From: Patescibacteria group bacterium UBA3533
Lineage (GTDB): Bacteria; Patescibacteriota; Minisyncoccia; Phycocordibacterales; Phycocordibacteraceae
NCBI GenBank assembly: GCA_002376865.1
Contig: DFOU01000009.1
Span: forward strand, 7,788 to 62,166
Reading direction: 5' to 3'
Length of the DNA: 54,379 nt
Shown: positions 46,179 to 54,379 of the stretch, one piece after another
Layout of the letters: every line of letters starts with the position of its first letter
How positions within the stretch are numbered: the first letter of the stretch is position 1
Program-made: the position numbers and the translations under genes
The notes under the pieces: model-generated
Database searches by the model: none
What the model was told of the DNA's origin: nothing
The model's input: the letters and a program-made list of their open reading frames with translations, nothing else

Positions 46179-47129
46179 TTACTTATCTTCCTTCAGCTCA
46201 GTTCCAAGCTTCTTAAGAGCTGCCTCGATTTCCTCAACTCCCTTAGCTCCAAGACCATCAAGTGCTACAAGCTCCTTGGCGCTCTTCTTTACAAGTCCTC
46301 CAACTGTTCGGATACCTGCCTCATCGAGTGCTCCTGCTACTCGTGCTCCAAGATCAAGAGTCTCGATTCGAGTCTTGTTTACATCCTCAGGAGCATCAGC
46401 TGCCTCCTCTGCGGGAGCCTCCTCCTCAACAGCAGGAATCTCAAGCTCCTCCTCCTGGAATCCAATAACAGCCTTAAGCTGGTGGATCATAGTCTCGATT
46501 GACTTCTCAAGTGCTTCTCGAGGAGAAACAGTTCCGTTTGTCTCAATAGAGATCTTTAGACGGTTGAAGTCTGTTCGATCTCCTACTCGCATGTTCTCTA
46601 CTTCGTAATTAACACGACGAATTGGAGCAAATGTAGCATCGAGAGCAATAACTCCAATGTCTACCTTCTCCTTTGTAAGAGCCTCTTTTGGAATATATCC
46701 AAGTCCCTTCTCAAGCGTTAGCTCAAGATCAAGCTTTGTCTTTCCAGTTGAAGCAATGTGCTGATCTGGATTTACAACAGTAACCTGCCCTGGAAGCTTA
46801 AGATCCTTGGCAGTGATGTTTCCTGATGCTGAAAGAGTCACAACCTGTGGCTCGTCAGTTGAAAGATCAAAGTGAACCTTCTTAAGATTTAGAAGAATTC
46901 CTAGTACGTCTTCCTTTACTCCTTCGATAGTAGCGAATTCGTGGGCAACTCCATCAATCTTTACTGATGTGATAGCTGCTCCTGGAAGTGATGAGAGAAT
47001 AATCCGGCGAAGAGAATTTCCCAATGTGTGTCCATACCCTGGGTATAGGTTATCAATTTCGTATACTCCAGAGTTATCTTCCTCCTTAACAACACGTGGT
47101 TTACTTGGCAATGTGATTTGATATTCCAT
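46179..47129 (-). CDS. rpoA: RNA polymerase alpha subunit
   Basis: GYGHTLGNSLRR.ILSSLPG, HEF..I.GVKED, RVGDRTDF. Confidence 0.98.
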   Translation of the reverse strand: MEYQITLPSKPRVVKEEDNSGVYEIDNLYPGYGHTLGNSLRRIILSSLPGAAITSVKIDGVAHEFATIEGVKEDVLGILLNLKKVHFDLSTDEPQVVTLSASGNITAKDLKLPGQVTVVNPDQHIASTGKTKLDLELTLEKGLGYIPKEALTKEKVDIGVIALDATFAPIRRVNYEVENMRVGDRTDFNRLKISIETNGTVSPREALEKSIETMIHQLKAVIGFQEEELEIPAVEEEAPAEEAADAPEDVNKTRIETLDLGARVAGALDEAGIRTVGGLVKKSAKELVALDGLGAKGVEEIEAALKKLGTELKEDK

Positions 47130-47141
47130 ATGCGAGGCTTA

Positions 47142-47756
47142 TTAACGACTATAAAATGACATAACGGCTGTTAGATCTCCTGCTGCTTCTGTAACAACAT
47201 ATGTTGGAAGATCAGACACTTCAGCTGAAAGCTCCTTTGGATTTGGCTTTAGCCATCCAACAATAGTTGCGTTTGTCATTCGATCAGAAGCTGATGCAAA
47301 GAGCGCAGCGCTCTTACTTCCTTCTCGAACAGATACAACATCTCCTACCTTTACTTTGTGACTTGGTACGGTAATTTTCTTTCCGTTTACTGTGATGTGT
47401 CCATGAGAAACCATCTGACGTGCTCCACGACGAGTTGTAGCAAGCGTTGCTCGTGCTACGATATTATCAAGTCGTCGCTCGAGAGCTTTGTGTAGCTCCT
47501 CTGCAGGATTTACACCACTCATCTCAAGAACTGCATTGATGTAGTTTCGGAACTGCTTCTCAGTAATTCCATAGGTAAATCGAACCTTCTGCTTCTCAAG
47601 AAGCTGCTTACCGAAGTCTGACACATTCTTGCGTCGTCCTCCTCGACGAATCTTACTCTTGCGTGCTTCAGAAAGCGCAAACTTCTGAGTCTGAGTTTTC
47701 TCAAACACACTTGCACCGAGTCGCTTCGCGATTTTGTATTTTGGTCCGATTTTCAT
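47142..47756 (-). CDS. rpsD: 30S ribosomal protein S4
   Basis: QLLEKQK, LERRLDN, ARQMVSHGH, FYSR. Confidence 0.97.
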   Translation of the reverse strand: MKIGPKYKIAKRLGASVFEKTQTQKFALSEARKSKIRRGGRRKNVSDFGKQLLEKQKVRFTYGITEKQFRNYINAVLEMSGVNPAEELHKALERRLDNIVARATLATTRRGARQMVSHGHITVNGKKITVPSHKVKVGDVVSVREGSKSAALFASASDRMTNATIVGWLKPNPKELSAEVSDLPTYVVTEAAGDLTAVMSFYSR

Positions 47757-47759
47757 AGG

Positions 47760-48194
47760 CTATACTCGACGTGGCTTAGGTGGACGTGGTCCATTATGTG
47801 GAACCGGAGTCGCATCCTTAATGTTTACAATATTGATTCCTTTTGAGGCGAATCCTCGCAGTGCACTTTCGCGTCCTGCTCCCACTCCTCGAATTACAAC
47901 TGACGCTTCCTTCATTCCCATAAGGGCAGCCTTCTCTCCCACAAGCTCACCAATCTTAGCAGCTGCATATGGAGTACTCTTTCGAGCTCCTCCAAATCCA
48001 AGCGCTCCTGATGTTGACCACATTACTGTGTTTCCGTCAGTATCAGTTAGCGTTAGCTTTGTGTTGTTGAAAGTTGCCTCAACGTTAAGAACACCGTTCT
48101 CAAGACGCTTACGTGGAACTTTAGAAAGTGATCGGTTCTTTCGTCCCTGATCAACTCCTCGTCCAGATTTCTTTGCAATTCGTTTCTTTCCCAT
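47760..48194 (-). CDS. rpsK: 30S ribosomal protein S11
   Basis: ATFNNT, KSTPYAA, D.TPVPHNG. Confidence 0.98.
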   Translation of the reverse strand: MGKKRIAKKSGRGVDQGRKNRSLSKVPRKRLENGVLNVEATFNNTKLTLTDTDGNTVMWSTSGALGFGGARKSTPYAAAKIGELVGEKAALMGMKEASVVIRGVGAGRESALRGFASKGINIVNIKDATPVPHNGPRPPKPRRV

Positions 48195-48199
48195 ACTGA

Positions 48200-48580
48200 T
48201 TACGTCTTCTCTACCTTACGTCGTCCACTTCCCATAGTCTTTCGTACGTTTCCTCGAACTGTTCGAGAATTTGTCTTTGTTCGCTGTCCGCGAGCTGGAA
48301 GGTGTCGCTCATGTCGAACTCCTCGATATGCACGAATATCCTTAAGGCGCTTAATGTTCTGAGAAACTTCACGTCGAAGGTCTCCTTCGATCACTCCGCC
48401 CTCAATAATAGTTCGAATCTCCTGCTCTTGGTCCTGACTTAAATCTTTCGCTTTTGTTGTATACGGAAGATTAAGCCCATCTAAAATTTCTTGAGCTTTG
48501 GGTCGTCCAACCCCATGCACTGCTGTTAGAGCAATGTTGAGATCTTTCTCATCAGCAATTGTAATTCCTGCAATTCGCAT
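48200..48580 (-). CDS. rpsM: 30S ribosomal protein S13
   Basis: RIAG, EGDLRR, YRG.RH...LP.RGQRTKTN. Confidence 0.98.
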   Translation of the reverse strand: MRIAGITIADEKDLNIALTAVHGVGRPKAQEILDGLNLPYTTKAKDLSQDQEQEIRTIIEGGVIEGDLRREVSQNIKRLKDIRAYRGVRHERHLPARGQRTKTNSRTVRGNVRKTMGSGRRKVEKT

Positions 48581-48583
48581 ATA

Positions 48584-48700
48584 CTAACCTTGTCGCGCTT
48601 TCCGCCGTGGATTTTGCTTATTAATACGGTAAATTCTTCCTCGTCGTCGTACGAGTTTATCTCCTGGCTGTTGCTTTTTTACTGATGCTCGAACTTTCAT
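48584..48700 (-). CDS. rpmJ: 50S ribosomal protein L36, Cys-free form (not in the ORF track)
   Basis: [38 protein letters not shown], between infA and rpsM. Confidence 0.95.
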   Translation of the reverse strand: MKVRASVKKQQPGDKLVRRRGRIYRINKQNPRRKARQG

Positions 48701-48702
48701 AT

Positions 48703-48915
48703 TTAGCCTCTTCGGACAATTCGTGCCTTACCTCCGTAGGGGTCTTTTACCACCTCTACAGCATCACCAACCAACACACGGATTCTATGAATCCGCATCT
48801 TCCCAGCAAGATAAGCGAGACCTTCCTCACCATCTTCATACTGGATACGAAACAGGAGGTTAGGCAATGCCTCCCCCACTGTCCCGCGGATAGTTTCTTC
48901 TTCTTTCTTCGCCAT
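48703..48915 (-). CDS. infA: Translation initiation factor IF-1
   Basis: G.V.EALPN..FR, AGKMR..RIRVL.GD.V. Confidence 0.96.
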   Translation of the reverse strand: MAKKEEETIRGTVGEALPNLLFRIQYEDGEEGLAYLAGKMRIHRIRVLVGDAVEVVKDPYGGKARIVRRG

Positions 48916-48983
48916 GTGAAGCAGGCCCCATCCTAACAGGGTGTCCCTATTCCGTCAACACCTCTATTGCGCTTAACTAAGCG

Positions 48984-50207
48984 CTAAGAAGCATTTACAG
49001 AAACAGTGATTTTTTCACTGTCAGTTGGGAAAGAATTTCGCCAAAATGGACGAAGAATTAGCTCTGCTCGATCAATACCTGAGATGTTTCCTAGCACTGA
49101 TTCGGCTGCCTCTCTGCTCTTTCCTGCAATACCAGTCTTTATCTCCTCTGCTGATACTTTCCATACAATATCTACAGTACCTTCTAGTGCTACAGATAGC
49201 TCTGTTGCGCCCTGCAATTCACCTGCAGATGGTAGATTGCTTACCTTTAGAGTGTTTGTTGCGCCAATAGTTACATCGTCTTCATCGTATGAAGCGATAG
49301 TCTTTTCAGCTAGTGATCCAGCTAAAGCATCTGTTGGAAAGACAAGAGCGATAGCTGTTCCCTTCTCTCTTATGTTTGCTTGCCCTGATCCATCGTCTGC
49401 TCCATTACTTAGAGACTCAAAGACAACCGCTACAGAATCTTCAAGGAGTGTAAATCCACTTGGGATCTGATCTGCGATAGTATCGTTTAGATCTTTGGTT
49501 AGCGCCTCACGTGCAATTGCCCTAACTTCAGCAGCTTTGCTTTCGCTCACCACTGCTCGCTCTCCAATGAACCCTCCTGAAAGTGGAGTCTTTGCTTTTG
49601 CGTAGAGACTTTCAAATTGAGGTGACCCCGCAAGTCCTGGAATGGTGAAATCTACAAGCCCAACATTGTATGCTTCCCCTGCCTCATCAGCATGGATAGT
49701 TACCTCTACTGTTCCTGGCTTTCCATCTTCCATCCCTGGGATAACAACAGGTTCTTTTACACGGAAGATTCTTCCATCTGGAGATTCAAACCGAGTATTG
49801 GTAACCCATCGCTGCTGTGTACTACTGAATTCGTTGTATATCGTTACAACTCCACTTGCTCGCTCTTCTACTGTTTCCTTTCCATCTGCTGGAACTGGTT
49901 GCGTTGCAACCTTTTCAATTTTTACAACTTCAAATGGCAGAGGTGCAGTTTCAACCTCTGATGCCTCCAAAGTTGTGTTAACTGGCACTTCTCGCTCAAG
50001 AGGGTGTACAACTACTTTTGCTCCTGCAAAAAGCATTGCGACACCACCTCCTACGATTAGTGCACCGATTAGTATTAAAAATAGAGTAATAATAGGTCGT
50101 CCACTTTTTTGACTTGGTTCATAAGTGTCAGCAACTGGTACTGGCTCACTTGATGCCGCCCGACGACGTGACGGTGGAATTATGTCTTCTACACGTTTTG
50201 CGCCCAT
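48984..50207 (-). CDS. Single-TM hypothetical protein with baseplate-J-like beta region
   Basis: A.G.VTIYN....Q..V.NTRF....G.IFR, V.IPG, A.EAG..YN, FTIPG. Confidence 0.6.
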   Translation of the reverse strand: MGAKRVEDIIPPSRRRAASSEPVPVADTYEPSQKSGRPIITLFLILIGALIVGGGVAMLFAGAKVVVHPLEREVPVNTTLEASEVETAPLPFEVVKIEKVATQPVPADGKETVEERASGVVTIYNEFSSTQQRWVTNTRFESPDGRIFRVKEPVVIPGMEDGKPGTVEVTIHADEAGEAYNVGLVDFTIPGLAGSPQFESLYAKAKTPLSGGFIGERAVVSESKAAEVRAIAREALTKDLNDTIADQIPSGFTLLEDSVAVVFESLSNGADDGSGQANIREKGTAIALVFPTDALAGSLAEKTIASYDEDDVTIGATNTLKVSNLPSAGELQGATELSVALEGTVDIVWKVSAEEIKTGIAGKSREAAESVLGNISGIDRAELILRPFWRNSFPTDSEKITVSVNAS

Positions 50208-50238
50208 ATGCCCCGTAGTATATCACGGGTTCATATAA

Positions 50239-50269
50239 GAAAACCCCCGCCATTAAATGACAGGGGTTT
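50239..50269 (-). terminator. Probable terminator of the ParB operon
   Basis: aaacccc..ggggttt imperfect hairpin downstream of the ParB stop. Confidence 0.5.
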
Positions 50270-50279
50270 GTGTAGTAAA

Positions 50280-51320
50280 TTAGGCTGTTTTCTTTGGTTC
50301 TGCAGCTTTCGCCCGCATTGACCGAATTGCTGCGACGCTTCGACCAAGTTGCTTACTAAGAGATTCGTCAGAGGGGCGATCTGAATTAGTGATCGCTTCA
50401 ATATCTCTGCTGCTCCATTCAGCATTATGGTTGCGCGGATCTTCTTGGAAATTACCTTCACGAAAAGAGTCACCACTGGATGAATCGCTCCCTTTTAGCA
50501 AGAAAAGGTTGCGTAGAGTTCGCAGCTCAACATCCATCTCATGAAGTGCTGCAGCAATAGCTGCACGTTCATCAGTATTCATTTGTTTAATGACAGTCTT
50601 TTTCGGAACTTTTTTTAGCCACTCAACAACCGTGAGAATTTTAACCCTCACTTTCTCAGCAGACATTCTACTCCCTCTTACTGCTTTTTCAGAAGGAAGT
50701 ACTGCATCCTGAGTAATTACAGAGCGCAACTCTTTAATTGTGAGACGTTCATTTACAGCTTTTGCTGCATAATGAAACTGATCTTCGCCTGAAGGTAACT
50801 GCGCCAAAAGGCCAACGAATTGGAGTCCTAGACCTTTCTCTGCAATGAGAGACTGTACGCCCTCAGGCATACTTAAAAGCTCCATGCGAGTTCGCACATA
50901 ACTTTCAGTTTTTCCAACTTTCTTTGCAGTCTCCTGGACTCCCAACCCATAATCTTTCATGAGCCTTAAAAAGGCATGCGCCTCCTCAAACGGAGTGAGG
51001 TCTTCACGGTGAAGATTTTCTGCAAGAGCCATCAGTAAATAGTTGAGTGGACTTTGTTCTTCCACAACAAGAGCTGGAATGTCTTTGCAACCAGCCTTTT
51101 TTGCAGAACGAACTCTGCGTGAACCAATAATAAGTTCATACATTGAGTCTCCACACGGGGCAACTATAATAGGCTGTAACAAGCCTTCTCCTGTAAGAGA
51201 ATCTGAGAGCTCAGAGAGTGGATCTTCTTTATATTCTGTGCGAAGAAGAACCACTTTTTCCTGAATGGCATTCAGAGGAATGCGCACTGTATCACCACGA
51301 ACTAAAGATGTGACACTCAT
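50280..51320 (-). CDS. ParB/Spo0J-family protein with no adjacent parA
   Basis: GLLQPI.V, YELIIGSRR..A, ALAENLHREDL.P.EEA, HTH VQETAKKVGKTESYV; SD AAAGGAG. Confidence 0.88.
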   Translation of the reverse strand: MSVTSLVRGDTVRIPLNAIQEKVVLLRTEYKEDPLSELSDSLTGEGLLQPIIVAPCGDSMYELIIGSRRVRSAKKAGCKDIPALVVEEQSPLNYLLMALAENLHREDLTPFEEAHAFLRLMKDYGLGVQETAKKVGKTESYVRTRMELLSMPEGVQSLIAEKGLGLQFVGLLAQLPSGEDQFHYAAKAVNERLTIKELRSVITQDAVLPSEKAVRGSRMSAEKVRVKILTVVEWLKKVPKKTVIKQMNTDERAAIAAALHEMDVELRTLRNLFLLKGSDSSSGDSFREGNFQEDPRNHNAEWSSRDIEAITNSDRPSDESLSKQLGRSVAAIRSMRAKAAEPKKTA

Positions 51321-52399
51321 TTCTTTCTCCTTTCTTTAAAGGTTTTTGAATGAGACCTTGCAGACCCTAAGGTCTGCCTATACTCTTCATGAGTCATTCT
51401 TTGGAGCCAAGCTTTAGTGGACCACACTTTACAGTGTGACCTATATGAGATTCCTGCAGCCTCAACCGCAGCTCCCCAAGATCCGAATCTAGATATTGCT
51501 GCACCAAGTAACCCGGCATCTATCTTTTGAACGTTCTTCAGATTAAGGCGAATGCCTTGCTTTAAAAGCTTTCTGATTTCTTTTATTATTTTTCTTTTCG
51601 TCCAAGATCGAACTTTTCGAACTTTCTTATAGGGAACTCCTGCAGCTTCAACTGCAGCTTTCCAAGATCCGAAGTATTTACATCCAGCTGAATAGAGCTT
51701 GGAAAGATTTCCTTCTCGCATAGCACCCACATTTAGTGAGACACCTTTTTCTCGAAGCTTTCTTATTATTCTAATAACAATCTTCTTATTCCACTTTTTG
51801 AAAGAAGGTTCATCTATTTGAGAAAACCCTGCAGCAACACGAGCTTTTCGCCAGCTGTATGGGCCGGGAAAAAATCTTTTTGCAGCATGTACAAGACTAT
51901 TATTTTCTTCAGTAACAAGACCATGGCTTATGGACTTGCCCTGAGCAGAACGTTTTTTTATTTCTGCAATAACCAGCTCTTTGCTCCAATAGGGCTTTAC
52001 GCCCGTATACACAGAATCATATAGAATTCCTGCAGCCTCTACTGCAGCTTTCCAAGATCCGAAGTATTTTACAGTAGCAGCATAGAGTCGGCGCTCATTT
52101 TGCTGCACGTGATTAGAATTTAGTGGCTCACCATTTTCATGACGAGCTTTTATCCTTCTCACGATTATATCCTTTGTCCACACAACCTCACGGTTGGGAA
52201 CTTTTACCTTTACGGAATCATACGGAATTCCTGCAGCCTCTACTGCAGCTTTCCAAGATCCAAGATGCTTACAAGCAGCTTGATACAAGGGACTGCAATT
52301 TTTCTGTATGTAGTTAGAGTTCAATGGCTCACCATTTTCATGACGAGCTTTGATTGCTGAGACAATGATCTCAGCACTCCACTTTCTTTGTGCAGACAT
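51317..52399 (-). CDS. Basic protein of five tandem ~65-aa repeats (homing-endonuclease-associated repeat type), no nuclease domain
   Basis: Five W(S/T/N)K..I...I...G..L.....L..A..(Y/R)FGSW.AA.EAAG units; DNA-level repeats 52024-52060/52225-52261; SD GAGGAGGT. Confidence 0.8.
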   Translation of the reverse strand: MSAQRKWSAEIIVSAIKARHENGEPLNSNYIQKNCSPLYQAACKHLGSWKAAVEAAGIPYDSVKVKVPNREVVWTKDIIVRRIKARHENGEPLNSNHVQQNERRLYAATVKYFGSWKAAVEAAGILYDSVYTGVKPYWSKELVIAEIKKRSAQGKSISHGLVTEENNSLVHAAKRFFPGPYSWRKARVAAGFSQIDEPSFKKWNKKIVIRIIRKLREKGVSLNVGAMREGNLSKLYSAGCKYFGSWKAAVEAAGVPYKKVRKVRSWTKRKIIKEIRKLLKQGIRLNLKNVQKIDAGLLGAAISRFGSWGAAVEAAGISYRSHCKVWSTKAWLQRMTHEEYRQTLGSARSHSKTFKERRKK

Positions 52400-52448
52400 G
52401 TGAGACCTCCTCTCTTTTGCCTAATTTATTTCAAAGAACACTTTAAAA

Positions 52449-52477
52449 GTTATACTTATTGCAGCAAACAATGTCAA
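52449..52477 (-). promoter_or_regulatory. Promoter of the repeat-protein/ParB operon
   Basis: TTGACA-N17-TATAAC. Confidence 0.7.
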
Positions 52478-52803
52478 TCTTTCTTAAAGTCAAAGTCTAT
52501 AAGCTTCACTTCTGAATCAGGCCCTACTTTATCTCCATAGTATCCTCTATATGTTTTATACATTTCTTCATCTGAAGAATACCTCTCATGCCCCTCCCAG
52601 TCTTTATCGGTTAATGTACCTAATGTTTTAACTTCAACAGAGGCAATTTCCCCAACACCAACTTCTTCCAAAGTTTTTTTATTTAGAAAAAGAATTTTAT
52701 CTCCAACAGAAAGATCTTTATCATCAAAAAGTCTCCAGGTTGTTGTTTTTTCTCCTGAGAGCAGAAGCGGAACAAGATTTGGAGCAAATTTAAGCGTTTT
52801 CAT
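52474..52803 (-). CDS. ASCH-domain protein
   Basis: LKF......LLSGEKTTTWR..DDK.LSVGD. Confidence 0.85.
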   Translation of the reverse strand: MKTLKFAPNLVPLLLSGEKTTTWRLFDDKDLSVGDKILFLNKKTLEEVGVGEIASVEVKTLGTLTDKDWEGHERYSSDEEMYKTYRGYYGDKVGPDSEVKLIDFDFKKD

Positions 52804-52808
52804 ATTTT

Positions 52809-53975
52809 TTACCACTCCACCTTCTTGCTATAAAACAGAGCAAGTAGTCCATGGAATAAGTCCCTGTCACTCTCTCCCATAAATACAACATGATCTGTTA
52901 GGTTTTGAGACTTAAGGCCAATAACAGTAAATGGATGATCTCCAAGACGAAGCGCATGCACATCTTGTCGTGTCATTATTTCTTCAAATGTCTCTCTACA
53001 TGAGAAATCAGATAGTATGAAAAATGTCTGTGGGAGTGCGTACTTTCGCGCAAGATCTGCAAGAGATGAAATAACAGCACTTGCCCACTCACTCTTTGCT
53101 TCTCTTTGTGCCCCCTTCACTGTGTCTACTGTTGTTGGGTGCAGCATTCCACTCTTTACAAGATCTCCCACCTCCTCAGCTGGTACTGTAGGCACTGCTT
53201 TTTTAACTGCTCTTGTAATAGAGTGTATTCCCTCTAGCGCTGTTGCTACACCTGTAAGGATTCCTTTCTTAACCAAAAGAAGATCTGTTGCCTCACCTGT
53301 AACAATAGCTGCCAAGAAGTCTGGCTCATGTACAAAAAGATCTCGCATAACCACATAACTCAATGCTGGAGCAGATTGCATCTTAATTGGTTCAACATGG
53401 AAAGTCTTTGAAAGATGACTTGTTATCCTGTCGTGCACTGAAATAGGAATAACACTGGCAAGACCCAATACACTCATACGTTGTGCTCGTTTTCCAAATG
53501 GCTTTGCAGTCTGGTATCCATTTACAAGCACTTCGATAATAGAGTGATCTACAAGCATTGAAGTTGCAGGATCAATACCGAGCGCTCCTTCTATCTTTTC
53601 TTTTGCTTCTTCAATATCCTTTGTTGAGATTCGCTTTCCCCCAGGGAACTTCTCAGTGTGTGATCTAAGCTGTGTCCTCTGCCATGGAGATCCAACTGAC
53701 ACCACCACATCATCTACATGACGAACTCCACAAGATCGAGAAAGAGCCGCAGACCCTTCATGCTCAAGCTTATGCGTTAGCTTAGTTAACCCTTCATCTA
53801 ATATACGAAGAAGCTCTCTTGGCGTTGCTTCATCAGTAACTGGAAGAGGAATTCTGGTGCTGTAACAGATATGTGGTGCTTCACCTTTATTAAGCACGGC
53901 ATATGCCCCACCTAGTGAAAGTGATCCAATATCAATTAATGCAACCGTTTTTGTTTTTGTGCGCCCAAACGGCAT
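52809..53975 (-). CDS. Divergent FtsA-like actin-fold protein
   Basis: ALIDIGS N-terminal motif, VNGY...P.GK, I.GE.TD. Confidence 0.65.
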   Translation of the reverse strand: MPFGRTKTKTVALIDIGSLSLGGAYAVLNKGEAPHICYSTRIPLPVTDEATPRELLRILDEGLTKLTHKLEHEGSAALSRSCGVRHVDDVVVSVGSPWQRTQLRSHTEKFPGGKRISTKDIEEAKEKIEGALGIDPATSMLVDHSIIEVLVNGYQTAKPFGKRAQRMSVLGLASVIPISVHDRITSHLSKTFHVEPIKMQSAPALSYVVMRDLFVHEPDFLAAIVTGEATDLLLVKKGILTGVATALEGIHSITRAVKKAVPTVPAEEVGDLVKSGMLHPTTVDTVKGAQREAKSEWASAVISSLADLARKYALPQTFFILSDFSCRETFEEIMTRQDVHALRLGDHPFTVIGLKSQNLTDHVVFMGESDRDLFHGLLALFYSKKVEW

Positions 53976-54016
53976 AGTTTCTTTATTGTATTACAGCTTC
54001 GCAGCTTTTTCTGCTC

Positions 54017-54379
54017 TTATTCAAGCACAGCCTTAATCCTGCGAACTCCAGCAGAGCTTGCCCCCTCTTTTTTAATACGAAATACTCCAAGGTCTTTTAT
54101 ATTCTCTACGTGCGGCCCACCGCAGAACTCAAGAGAATAATCTCCAATACTGTATACACGAACAGTATCCCCATACTTCTCTTCAAATAGTCCGATAGCT
54201 CCTCGCTTCTTAGCATCTTCCATTGAAATATCTTCAAAGGTTACGGGAAGCTCCTTTGCAATCTGCTCATTTACAATCTTTGTTACCTCCTCCTTCTCTT
54301 CATCTGTCATCTTTCGATCAAATGAGAAGTCAAAGCGTAGCCGCTCAGGTGTAATATTACTTCCCTTTTGCATTACGTC
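54017..54379 (-). CDS. alaS: Alanine--tRNA ligase, 3' part (editing domain), 5' end outside the window
   Basis: [42 protein letters not shown]. Confidence 0.9.
   Translation of the reverse strand, partial: DVMQKGSNITPERLRFDFSFDRKMTDEEKEEVTKIVNEQIAKELPVTFEDISMEDAKKRGAIGLFEEKYGDTVRVYSIGDYSLEFCGGPHVENIKDLGVFRIKKEGASSAGVRRIKAVLE

Noticed and set aside
48984-51320. Prophage suggested by the baseplate-like and ParB genes
   Set aside because: No integrase, terminase, capsid, tail or att sites, and the flanks are core genes.
51440-52351. DNA repeats such as gaattcctgcagcctctactgcagctttccaagatcc considered as a CRISPR array or DGR template/variable repeats
   Set aside because: They are in-frame protein repeats about 200 bp apart, with no cas or reverse transcriptase gene in the window and no evident adenine-specific mismatch pattern.

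Overview
A 54-kb chromosomal segment of a small-genome bacterium, inferred to be Patescibacteria/CPR (Parcubacteria-like). That inference rests on the short housekeeping leaders without a Shine-Dalgarno (SD) sequence, an archaeal-type AspRS, an AlaRS ending after its editing domain, a divergent FtsA-like gene and the compact gene order. The backbone is housekeeping: rmuC, rplU, recR, dnaB, cysS, corA, an S41 protease, rplI, rpmA, gltX, murG/ftsW/mraY, scpA/B, aspS, trpS, tRNA-Tyr, tyrS, grpE-dnaK-dnaJ, the infA-rpmJ-rpsM-rpsK-rpsD-rpoA-rplQ-rplM-rpsI cluster and the 3' end of alaS. The main accessory observations are: (1) a single gene fusing a SciP/DUF1153 domain to a CtrA-type DNA-binding domain and ending in Ala-Ala, which joins the alphaproteobacterial cell-cycle master regulator and its inhibitor in a non-alphaproteobacterial genome; (2) about a dozen orphan genes with strong SD sites and often their own promoters and terminators, unlike the core genes, three of them behind a repeated 31-bp promoter-like unit; (3) an ~9.5-kb island with a PaaK-like ligase, ThiF, a nitroreductase, a 7TM histidine kinase, a TrmB regulator, a C39 peptidase, a GNAT and two tiny peptide genes that share a 25-bp upstream box; (4) two unannotated structured RNAs, one 6S-like and one a small three-way-junction RNA convergent with a RelE/BECR-like nuclease gene; (5) a DUF5343 + HEPN pair and a ParB + five-repeat protein pair. 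All family assignments come from recognising motifs by eye; no database search was run.
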